From a virus, in the IMG/VR virus record IMGVR_UViG_3300005096_000103, positions 74,360 to 138,359 of that record: DNA of 64,000 nucleotides; one strand, given 5' to 3'. Under the pieces are notes generated by a model. The model had not been told where the DNA came from. It saw nothing but the letters and a program-made list of their open reading frames with translations, and searched no databases. The position numbers and the translations under genes are program-made. Below, piece after piece: positions 47,650 to 56,412 of this stretch (position 1 is the stretch's first letter; the number at the start of each line of letters is the position of its first letter).

Positions 47650-47678
47650 TTGACGTCACCGGCATCAGGGTGTAAGAT
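47650..47678 (+). promoter_or_regulatory. Sigma-70-like promoter TTGACG-N17-TAAGAT (divergent)
   Basis: Back-to-back with the minus-strand promoter; upstream of 47744. Confidence 0.6.
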
Positions 47679-47743
47679 GTCTTGACGATGTAGAGCTTCT
47701 ATAAACTACAAGATTCTAGAACTTTAACACAGGGGAAATAATT

Positions 47744-48973
47744 ATGGGACTTAGGGAAACTGCTAGAAACAATACTATCGCAGGTGGAATTGCGGGTGCG
47801 GGGTTTGGCGGCCTTGGTGGTGGACTCAAAGCTTTCCGACGTGGAGGGGGTCTCGCTGGAGCGGGCCTCGGTGTCTTAGGTGGAGGTCTACTAGGTGGTA
47901 TCGGAGGTGGTATCGGAGGTGGCATCACTGCAGGTGTCTCACACGCAGTAGGTAACGGCAACCTCGGATATGCACAACAGGCTGGTGGTGACGCAATTCT
48001 TGGAGGCATCCTCTCTGCGCCCCTTGGCGCAAAGGGTGCACTACTAGGAAGTGCACTAGGTGGTGGGCAAGGTGCTGCTAGGGAGTATATTAGGCAGAAG
48101 ATCTCGGCTAGTCAGGGGCTTGGAGAGGCTATTGGTGAGAACGCTATTGCAGGAGGTCTTGTAGGCGCTGGAATTGGAGGTCTCGCTGGTGGGGCTCGGG
48201 CCATACGGGCTGGTGGTGGATTAGCTGGTGTAGGTCTAGGCGCCTTAACCGGCGTTTTAGGTGGTGGGATTGCAGGTGGAATCGGTGGAGGCATAGTCGG
48301 TGGAGGGCTGAACGCTGTTGGGAAAGAGGAGGGTTATAGAGGTCAAGTTGCAGGTGGTGCACTACTCGGTGGACTCTTAGCAGCGCCTTTTGGCCCGCAA
48401 GCTGCACTAGCAGGTGGCGCACTAGGTGGTGGGCAAGGCGCTGCTAGGGAGTACGTCAGGCAGAAGATCTCGGCTAGTCAGGGGCTTGGAGAGGCTGTAG
48501 TGGAGAACGCTGTTGCAGGCGGTGTGGGCAATGGTGTAGTCGGAGGTTTAACAGGCGGAGCACTTGGCGCACTAGGTGGTGGTCTTGGGGGTTACTTCGT
48601 GGGCAGAGAGGAGAAAAAAGTAGGCCCTGTGCTAGGGGCCCTATTAGGCGCAGGTCTCGGCGCGGGAGCCGGCGCACTAGGCGGGACGGCGTTAGCTTCA
48701 GGTCTAGGTGCACTTGAAGGCGCTGGTGCTGGTGCAATGATGCACGCTGCAGGTGTAAAGCCTAACTACAAAAACCAGATGCTTGCGAGTGCAGGTATCG
48801 GTGGTCTTTTAGGCTTGTCGGGTGGAGCTTTAGCACCCATTACCGTTCCAGTATCTGCGGCTACAGGTTCTCTAAATGGGATACCTCGCGAGTATGCACG
48901 TCGAGTACTCTACAAAGAGTCGTCTTATAGATCTGAGGGTCTTAGTGCTGCAGAGATGTGTGGATTCCGCTAG
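47744..48973 (+). CDS. Triple-repeat glycine-zipper protein
   Basis: Three GxxxG-rich units, each ending in REY..(QKIS/QKIS/YKES); 78-bp near-identical DNA at 48053-48130 and 48419-48496. Confidence 0.8.
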   Translation: MGLRETARNNTIAGGIAGAGFGGLGGGLKAFRRGGGLAGAGLGVLGGGLLGGIGGGIGGGITAGVSHAVGNGNLGYAQQAGGDAILGGILSAPLGAKGALLGSALGGGQGAAREYIRQKISASQGLGEAIGENAIAGGLVGAGIGGLAGGARAIRAGGGLAGVGLGALTGVLGGGIAGGIGGGIVGGGLNAVGKEEGYRGQVAGGALLGGLLAAPFGPQAALAGGALGGGQGAAREYVRQKISASQGLGEAVVENAVAGGVGNGVVGGLTGGALGALGGGLGGYFVGREEKKVGPVLGALLGAGLGAGAGALGGTALASGLGALEGAGAGAMMHAAGVKPNYKNQMLASAGIGGLLGLSGGALAPITVPVSAATGSLNGIPREYARRVLYKESSYRSEGLSAAEMCGFR

Positions 48974-48977
48974 GCAA

Positions 48978-49020
48978 CCTACTACAGCTTAACACTCCTA
49001 CTACAGCTTAACACTCCTAC
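48978..49020 (+). repeat. 19-bp intergenic tandem duplication
   Basis: cctactacagcttaacact x2 plus partial. Confidence 0.9.
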
Positions 49021-49041
49021 TCTACTAAGTGGTGTAATCCA

Positions 49042-49614
49042 ATGATGCTGAATGAATTTCTCGATCTATACAGTGTTAATACGTTGGTAAGGATACCACT
49101 GGCTGAGTATCTCGTACTGAGTGTTAAAGCTGATAGGGCTTTTAACGTTCTAGTCGACGAAACTCGTATCATCTCTAATGGTAGGGACACGTGGTATACT
49201 GCTATGGATGCTCATGCGGCGTTGAAGCGTTGGTTGTCTACACTTAGTGACTCTACAGTTGGTAAAAACTGTAGCACCTTTGCGCCTGCTTCCATTGGTC
49301 CGGGTATCACGAATAGCGACTTAGACAACGCTGAGGCGTTTAGTGGTGATAAGCTGGCTAAAGGTGAAAGGTCGTGGGTTATCCGAGAGTCTCAGACTAA
49401 TCCTACGACGAAGTTCACTATAGGTTCTGTAGACTATAGCTATACCCTAGACAGCGAATCCTGGGACGTCCTGAGCCCCTGGTTCAGCGAGATAGGTCGG
49501 GAGTACACACCCTTGATTGTACTAATCTATAGCGCACTACGACGGACAAAGATTGGTCGAACAGTCCATAGGGACCTTATTAGGAGAGAAAATGAACAAG
49601 TTCGTCTGGGTTGA
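49042..49614 (+). CDS. Hypothetical protein
   Basis: 190-aa ORF. Confidence 0.65.
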   Translation: MMLNEFLDLYSVNTLVRIPLAEYLVLSVKADRAFNVLVDETRIISNGRDTWYTAMDAHAALKRWLSTLSDSTVGKNCSTFAPASIGPGITNSDLDNAEAFSGDKLAKGERSWVIRESQTNPTTKFTIGSVDYSYTLDSESWDVLSPWFSEIGREYTPLIVLIYSALRRTKIGRTVHRDLIRRENEQVRLG

Positions 49615-50470
49615 TGGCCCACGCCCTAAACTAGCATCTGAGATTGCTAGGTATGTAGAACTTCTTGAAACGATTGAAGTCGATGAGTATATCATCCAGC
49701 TCCAGTCCCCTAGAGTTAGGAGACGTTGGAAGGTTGACCGACTCGTCGAGGTGACTAAGCTACTCCAGTCCCACGGGAAATCTGTTAGTTGGCTCGTTTG
49801 GGGCTACGCTGACGACGTGAAGATTGACGATCAGTTTGAGTATCTCATGGAACTCCTCCCCCTAGCTCAACCCCGTAGTATCCAGTGGGACTGTGAGGAG
49901 CAGTGGGACGATAAGAAGCTAAGCGACTCAGATGTTAAAAAGTCTGCAAAGCATCTAGAGGCTGCAATGGGCAACCTACTCGCCCTCTGGCCTGAGCTCG
50001 TCTTCGGCATCTCCGCGATAACCCAGTGGCCTAAGGCGAAGTTCACCAAGAAGGTAGCTTACGCCCTCGCTATCAAGTACGTCACCGAGGGCTACGCACA
50101 AATCTACGCCTTTTACAACAAGCGCATCAATAGTCGTGGAAAACGCCACTGGTCTACAAAGATGCCTGTTGAGCGCCGCCTCGCTGACCCAATCCTAGCC
50201 GCCTGGAAGACGCTGAATAACGTCACAATAAGCGTTGGACTTGCAGCCTACATGCAGACCTGGCCCTCGCCTCGCATCTACCCTGGCTGGAACGGTCCTA
50301 CCCCTAAACCTGTTGAAGCAATGCGGCGTAATTACATTGCGATCCGCGACGCAGTCCTACTTATTAACCCAACGGCACGAATTGGCTGGTGGGCTGCAAA
50401 ACATCTGGTAGACTTAGAGGAGTTTACAGACAAGTCGAGTAGGGCAAAGACGCTTATTAACGCTCTCTGA
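49592..50470 (+). CDS. Putative TIM-barrel glycoside-hydrolase-like protein
   Basis: Alternating beta/alpha pattern with IQWDCEEQW (DxE as in GH18/GH25); AGGAG RBS supports ATG 49592. Confidence 0.45.
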   Translation: MNKFVWVDGPRPKLASEIARYVELLETIEVDEYIIQLQSPRVRRRWKVDRLVEVTKLLQSHGKSVSWLVWGYADDVKIDDQFEYLMELLPLAQPRSIQWDCEEQWDDKKLSDSDVKKSAKHLEAAMGNLLALWPELVFGISAITQWPKAKFTKKVAYALAIKYVTEGYAQIYAFYNKRINSRGKRHWSTKMPVERRLADPILAAWKTLNNVTISVGLAAYMQTWPSPRIYPGWNGPTPKPVEAMRRNYIAIRDAVLLINPTARIGWWAAKHLVDLEEFTDKSSRAKTLINAL

Positions 50471-50521
50471 TGAGTATTTAGTACCTCATAGAGTATTAGG
50501 AGCTAAAGTAAGAGGTGTGCG

Positions 50522-50794
50522 ATGGTTGACTCTGTGAGTACTGACAAACATGCTGACGACTCTACATCTTTAGATGCTGATACATCTTTAGATGCTGATA
50601 CATCTTTAGATGTTACACCCACTGATGCTGTAGACACTGTCGCAAAGCTACGACTTGAGCTAGCCTACGCGATGTCATTAGCTCACTCACACGCTCTCGA
50701 AACTGAGGAGGTAATTGCAGAGCTCCAGGGTGAGATACGTGAGCTTCGTGAGGAGTTGCGTACGTACAAGCGTAGACGCGGAAGGCGTCAGTAA
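50522..50794 (+). CDS. Small coiled-coil protein with TSLDAD repeats
   Basis: GAGGT RBS; in-frame 18-bp repeat 50563-50612; overlaps a minus-strand ORF. Confidence 0.5.
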   Translation: MVDSVSTDKHADDSTSLDADTSLDADTSLDVTPTDAVDTVAKLRLELAYAMSLAHSHALETEEVIAELQGEIRELREELRTYKRRRGRRQ

Positions 50795-51116
50795 CTCCCT
50801 GGTCTACTCCCTGTGTAAGCGTCTCCTTCAACTCCCCTGTGCACCGCTCATCCCTCAACGCGAAATAATACGGCTCAATAAGGGCTACGTTTAACATCGC
50901 TTCTGCGATGTTAGAGGGTAGTGTGCTGTCGTAGAGTAACTCGTCTAAATCACTGAAATACTCTGTATAATGGAACTTGGAGTCAGCGTGGAGGATCTCG
51001 TACGCAGCTCGGTAGCCTACAGTGCTAGAGATGTAATCTGCTGCGGCTCGTAGGTCTGCTGCAGACCCTAAGGCTCCGCTAAGTTCTTCGTAGCATAAGT
51101 TGACTAGATGTTGCAT
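50613..51116 (-). CDS. Hypothetical protein with leader-like N-terminus
   Basis: MQHLVNLCYEE resembles MNLQHLVKLAYSE; AGGAG RBS. Confidence 0.55.
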   Translation of the reverse strand: MQHLVNLCYEELSGALGSAADLRAAADYISSTVGYRAAYEILHADSKFHYTEYFSDLDELLYDSTLPSNIAEAMLNVALIEPYYFALRDERCTGELKETLTQGVDQGVTDAFRVYACTYATPHEAHVSHPGALQLPPQFRERVSELMTSRRLAQVVALRQCLQHQWV

Positions 51117-51126
51117 GGCTCGACTC

Positions 51127-51795
51127 CTAGTGATCTGCTCCCTCCCCTCCTAGCAGCGGCTTAATCTTCACCCTCGACCTGACCCCGGTTGATACGAATA
51201 CCGACTTCCCCGCGTACTCAAAGCTGAACGTCGCGTCTCCCCCTGTTATAGGACCTATTGTATACCCTACGAGTCGTCTAACCTTCGTAGGGTGCGTACG
51301 TAGCTCGGCTGCTAACTCGAATACGTTATCTAAAACCCAACCCTCAAACCTCGTCTTAAACCTGTCACGTAGATATGCTCGTATTAGCTCCCTATGGAAC
51401 TTACGAGCGTCATCTACAGTGTATTCGACACCTTTAAAGTCTATAAGTTCCCCTGAGTCGTCACAGGAGGCTTTGTGGCTGGGTTGCCTGACTCTCGCAG
51501 CTGCTGTAAATACGTACGGACCACACAACAACGTCAAGACTTTTGTATAAGGTGACACTTCAAGTGTTTGTGCAGATAAGGCAAGCTCGTTGTCTATAGT
51601 CTTCAGGTCTAGCTCTAGCATCCACCTGTAGAACTCTACGTTTATACCCGCATACGTCCCATACTTATCAGACACCACAATACTACGGAACCTACTCCGC
51701 ATGAAGGCGTGTAAGACGTGAAGCACCGTCTGTCTATTCTCGTGTAATAGTTGCATTAGTATATTAGTCCGTTCTGCTAAATTGAGCCACACCAC
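51127..51795 (-). CDS. Hypothetical protein
   Basis: 222 aa, coupled to 50613-51116. Confidence 0.7.
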   Translation of the reverse strand: MVWLNLAERTNILMQLLHENRQTVLHVLHAFMRSRFRSIVVSDKYGTYAGINVEFYRWMLELDLKTIDNELALSAQTLEVSPYTKVLTLLCGPYVFTAAARVRQPSHKASCDDSGELIDFKGVEYTVDDARKFHRELIRAYLRDRFKTRFEGWVLDNVFELAAELRTHPTKVRRLVGYTIGPITGGDATFSFEYAGKSVFVSTGVRSRVKIKPLLGGEGADH

Positions 51796-52438
51796 AGCTA
51801 CCTACGACTGTACCATATCTGAAGCTGTAATCTACTTGTGAGCTTAGTAGTTGAATAGAGGCTTAGCGCTAGCTAGGTAGACTACTTAACTATTGTTAAA
51901 CATAGTACTTGTGCAAAGGCTGGCGTCTCTTGCACCCCAGGCCGATTTAGGGTCCAAAACAAACACGTCGATATCCTAGAAATATTTGTCCTGATTTTCA
52001 GAAAGCTATATTTATCAGGGAGAGGAAGGGACGACACAGATGGCACTAACCTGTAGTGCCAGCAGCGTCAAAACCCGTCATTTCGCAGAAAGTCCTCAAA
52101 TCGCAACTCACAGGTCGAGTTCCACGTCAAGTGTTTAATGCTTAGAGGGCTTAAAATAGTAAGAAACATATACATCTCTGCCACTCCCGGCTAATACCTG
52201 TACTAGCAGATGGCTACTGTAAAGTTACACACCCCAATAAGCTGTAAAAAAGACAGGGGTATTTTTCGTTGTACGTTTTCCAGGAAATACGGGGTTTACC
52301 TTTTCAAGTTCAGATTTTTCCCTTACATTAATCTAGGAAGTTGAAGGTCGGCGTTTTGCAAGTTGCACCAAACCTTTAACGATTACAGGATTAAGGTCCT
52401 AAATATTCAGATCACTGCAGTATTTACAGCCCGATTCT

Positions 52439-52867
52439 ACTGCAAAGATGTTCTCCCCTATTTGCTATTTCACTAGATAGAACATACACTTACAGAACAC
52501 AGAAGCTCGTTGACAACACCCTCTGAGAATACATACGTTAACCGAGGCTATTTTACGACGTTTAATCTAGGAAATATCAACACCCTCAAAACTCGTTGAT
52601 AAAAATCACAGACAGAAAACCGTGTTTTAAGCCTAAAAGGCCTTGTAAGTGCACTTACCTCTGTCAAAGTTCCAGCCCTTAAAAGTCTCCAGCGATTTTT
52701 AGTACCCTTTTTTTCTAGGTATTAGTGCATTTACCCACTGAACATCTGGTTGATTAACCTACATCTCATTTCCAAGGTCTCTGTTACCCCATGTTTTACC
52801 CTGTTAATTACACTGTAAAGATGTTCTATACATTTGTGAGTTTACTAGATAGTTCATGTACTTACAG
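52439..52867. repeat. Two ~57-bp imperfect direct repeats, each quasi-palindromic
   Basis: actg.aaagatgttct...actagatag..cat..acttacag at 52439-52495 and 52812-52867. Confidence 0.7.
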
Positions 52868-53463
52868 GTCTCAGAATCCCTAATCCTATAAATCTACCGT
52901 AGATCGTTATCTTCTCTGAATTCCAAAATCTATGCGTCCCGTCACCGCCGACGTCCCCGCCTCCTCACCTAATTTAACCCCAATTTGGTTGTCTAATCTC
53001 ATTTTTGTCGATTTTAAAAAGCATGACCCTATAAAAGGGGAGCTAAATGAGTAACATTAAGATAGGCTAAAAAACAGCGTTTGTTTTGTCGAAAACCCGA
53101 ACGGATCCCGTGTTTATCGAAACTACCAGTTTTCTAAAGAGCGATATTCTGAAAAGCTCAGAAAGAGCGAAAAAAGAGGGTTGAGTGACTGTGTGTTTTA
53201 TTTATATAATATAATATTAGTTTAAACAGAACATTATAGAATACAGGATTAATAGATTCCGACCCTTCTTCTCCACACCAACTTTCCCTATATACAACTC
53301 ATCGTTTTCAAAACGACCAAAAACTCATTTGACACAGCTAACGGACCTTAGCCCGTAGGGTCTCCGACGGATCATCGGGGAGGCAGGCGGGTAACTAGCA
53401 CCGGTGCTATCGAGGTCCCTTCAAAACGCACCTCTCTCAACAAAAACCAACACTAAACCAATG

Positions 53464-53552
53464 TTTTCCTAGATTAAAAAGCTACAAAAAATCGCTGCTA
53501 AAAAGGTAAACCTCACTTTTCCTAGATTAAAAAGCTACAAAAAATCGCTGCT
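53464..53552 (+). repeat. 36-bp perfect direct repeat x2 (53-bp period)
   Basis: ttttcctagattaaaaagctacaaaaaatcgctgct at 53464-53499 and 53517-53552. Confidence 0.95.
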
Positions 53553-54415
53553 TTTTTTATCTAAAAAATTTCCTAGAAAAACATAAGGCATAAATACAAA
53601 CTCTCAACACTCTTCTCAAAAACCAACCCTTTAAGCCAAACTTTATAGGTAAACCCACCTCTCTCTCCTCCCCTCCCTTCCCTCTTCCTCCCTTCGACCC
53701 CCTCTCTACCGGGCTCCGCTCTCAAACCGTCCTCAAAACCCTCTCAGACCCCTTTCCCCTCTCCTCTTAGCTCAATCCCCGATCCCCAACCCTCCCCGCT
53801 ATAGCCCCACCAACCTCTCACCTCTTCTCTAAGCCCTCCAAAGCCTCAAACAGGGATCCCTGAGGAGACTCACCCCTCCAAACGTCTCACAAAGCCTCCT
53901 ACAGCCTCAAACCGCATCTCACCTCTTCACCTCTTCACCCTCTCCTCACCTCTAAAACCTTCCCTACACCTCCTACACCACCTTACACCTCCTTACCTCA
54001 CCCTACCCTCCAAAACTACACCACCTTACACCTCCCTACACCAAGTAGTCCCCTACCTAACCTGACATCGCCGTACATACAACGACATCACCACACAGGT
54101 CACCCTACGTAGGTCCTTCTCCCACTTCCCCTCACATCGAAGACCCAACTACTAAACATTACCTCAGTGGAATCCGGACCGCAACACTCCAAAATTCCCC
54201 AACCACAAGTTGTCAAGACTTTTAAATATTAGCATCTGCCAAAACCTTAAAATCTGGACCCCCGGCATCACGACCTCTATTTCAGAATTCTGACCTTAAC
54301 CCCTCAAAACCAATGTAAAGATTGCACTACAAAATCCTAACTTTTTGACACATCGCATCCACATCACACGCCACCGCCTACACAATCATACACACAATAA
54401 AAACACCCAAAAACA

Positions 54416-54424
54416 GGGTATAAG
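54416..54424 (+). promoter_or_regulatory. Putative phage promoter motif, variant GGGTATAAG (copy 7)
   Basis: aaaaacaGGGTATAAGt at the right edge of the non-coding region. Confidence 0.55.
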
Positions 54425-54475
54425 TGGCTGTATTGTAATCTACCTTTCGTATATTGCACCACGAATCCCCTCCCA

Positions 54476-54524
54476 CACGGGATAAACCCATCTCTTCCTC
54501 CCTCACGGGAAAAACCCATCTCTT
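54476..54524 (+). repeat. 21-bp direct repeat in 5' leader
   Basis: cacggga(t/a)aaacccatctctt x2, 28-bp period. Confidence 0.85.
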
Positions 54525-54539
54525 TTTAGGAGACAACCC

Positions 54540-55277
54540 ATGCGCAACCTCGTAGCCTCGACAACCCACATCTCAAGGATCCCAAACCAACGTCGACTCC
54601 AGATCACTGTCACCCTCGCCGTCCTCTCAAAAGAGACCTCAAGCCCACTCGAACCTGCTCCTCAGCTCCTTAGCGACGGGGACGTAATCACCTACGGAGC
54701 CCACAGTTCCCCCATCCGCCACTACATCCGCAGCGTCTGCTACAGGGGCAACCTCCACCTCGCGAGCATCAAAGTCTCAGTCGCCCACGCCCACCTCACC
54801 GACACGGAGATCAAGCAGGAGTACTGCAACAGACCCGGTACAGTAATCGTAGACGGAGTAGGGGGAATTGCTACAGATCGCAGAACAGCAGAACGAGGCC
54901 TCTATGTCTCTGGAATCCCTCAGGTTTCCGACCCCCTCGACGTCGGCCTCCTCGCTCACGGAGTCACAAAGAAGTCAATAGCGTGGCAAGCTGACCTGGG
55001 TAGTGCTGACCCTCTTAGAGGTAGTGCTGACCCTCTTAGAGGTAAGTTCGTCTCACGCCCCGGCTACACCGCCATAGTCACCTACGCCGTACCCACAGAT
55101 CACCCAACCCGCGGAGTCTGCAGCCCAACCCTCCGCGGCATCATAGCTGGCGAAGCCACAGCAACAGAATGCGGACTCGACCTCCTCGACTGGGCCTTTG
55201 ACGGAGACACAACCCGCAAGTCTAACTTCTCAAACCGCGTAAGAGCTTGTGTCGAAACGAACCTATGGGGCGTATAG
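54540..55277 (+). CDS. Hypothetical protein
   Basis: 245 aa, AGGAG RBS; in-frame 21-bp duplication 54999-55040. Confidence 0.7.
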   Translation: MRNLVASTTHISRIPNQRRLQITVTLAVLSKETSSPLEPAPQLLSDGDVITYGAHSSPIRHYIRSVCYRGNLHLASIKVSVAHAHLTDTEIKQEYCNRPGTVIVDGVGGIATDRRTAERGLYVSGIPQVSDPLDVGLLAHGVTKKSIAWQADLGSADPLRGSADPLRGKFVSRPGYTAIVTYAVPTDHPTRGVCSPTLRGIIAGEATATECGLDLLDWAFDGDTTRKSNFSNRVRACVETNLWGV

Positions 55278-56397
55278 ATTGACCGACTGTACTAAAGTAC
55301 ACGATAACGAGAGCTACGAGATAAAGCGTAAACTACAGCGCGCAGAGGAGCTAAAACGAAAGAGCCCACACTCCTCAGTCCTCAAGACCCCAAGCTTGGA
55401 CATACTACTCTTACTAGCTGACTCACGAGCGTTTAGCAAGCAGCTATACTGGAGCCTAAATCTCTCAGATGCAGAAGTTGAAGACATTAAGCGTATCTCG
55501 GCTCAAGTGTCACTTTGCACACCTATGATGAGTTCTAAAGACCAGTACGCTGACCTAACGTTGAAAGTCGCAAAGAAGCATGCTATACATAACGCCCCGT
55601 GCTACATCCCCCACACTAGAGAGCTTAGCTACTTAAAGGGGTTAGAGATCTACACAAAGCTCAACAGGACTGGCTATGACAGCCAGCTTAAGACAATTGC
55701 AGCAGTAGAACCTCTAAACGGCACGCTGCAGGACGTGCATGAGTACAAGAACTCTAAACTACCCTATTGCAGCTCTGAAAACGACTATATTACAGAGATA
55801 CACTGTGAAACGCTCAGTAAAGCTGTCCAGACGCTATTCGACACATCTATAGTACACAAGGCCCTGTGCGTAACAGAGCCAGAGGGTCTACGCACAGGGA
55901 GGTCATCAGTCGCAGGCTCCACAGATTGCTTGGCGACTCTCATAGCGCACATACCTATAAAGACATCACGCCACGTCTACGAGATCACCTTCGGTGTCAA
56001 ACGCTACTCAGCCTACTCCGACCTCAGCAGAGATCAGTGGAGGTTCACATTGACAATCACTGAGCTAGCCTACGCCTACTTACACCCTAATGCGCACCAT
56101 CGGACTCACCTCGCCTACGTACGACAGCAACGTAACATCTTGTCAATGCACTGGCGCACAATCTCAGAGCTAGTACGAAGCATCGAAGCTACGAGCTACG
56201 GGCTAGACAACCCAGATCCCAGCACTCGCGTCCCAGGCCTACAACTCCTTGATAGACACAACCCCGGCTCCCGCAACAATCACAACATCGCGTCAAACTG
56301 GTGGAACTTAATACTCGACAGCGCCCCAGATAAAAAATGCCAGCGAGCTGAGTACCTAAGACTCTGTGAGAGTTTGATATTTAAGCTGTACGCATAA
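55249..56397 (+). CDS. Hypothetical protein, paralog family C
   Basis: YIP...SYL..LEIYTK; EIHCETL..AVQTLFD; LIAHIPIKTSRHVYE. Confidence 0.8.
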   Translation: MSKRTYGAYRLTDCTKVHDNESYEIKRKLQRAEELKRKSPHSSVLKTPSLDILLLLADSRAFSKQLYWSLNLSDAEVEDIKRISAQVSLCTPMMSSKDQYADLTLKVAKKHAIHNAPCYIPHTRELSYLKGLEIYTKLNRTGYDSQLKTIAAVEPLNGTLQDVHEYKNSKLPYCSSENDYITEIHCETLSKAVQTLFDTSIVHKALCVTEPEGLRTGRSSVAGSTDCLATLIAHIPIKTSRHVYEITFGVKRYSAYSDLSRDQWRFTLTITELAYAYLHPNAHHRTHLAYVRQQRNILSMHWRTISELVRSIEATSYGLDNPDPSTRVPGLQLLDRHNPGSRNNHNIASNWWNLILDSAPDKKCQRAEYLRLCESLIFKLYA

Positions 56398-56412
56398 AGA
56401 GGCCCTAACTCT

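Larger units (their letters stand above)
51800..54415. other. Large non-coding region: candidate replication origin or genome terminus
   Basis: No credible ORF; divergent gene orientation; inverted 12-14-bp motifs, AT-rich core 53196-53226, C-rich tract. Confidence 0.5.

Noticed and set aside
47716-48737. Pro-rich minus-strand ORFs (47716-48009, 48112-48294, 48144-48422, 48474-48737)
   Set aside because: Antisense shadows of GGN codons in the glycine-zipper gene.
54378-54569. Minus-strand 63-aa ORF at the edge of the non-coding region
   Set aside because: Overlaps the + promoter motif, leader repeats and start of 54540; no supporting features.
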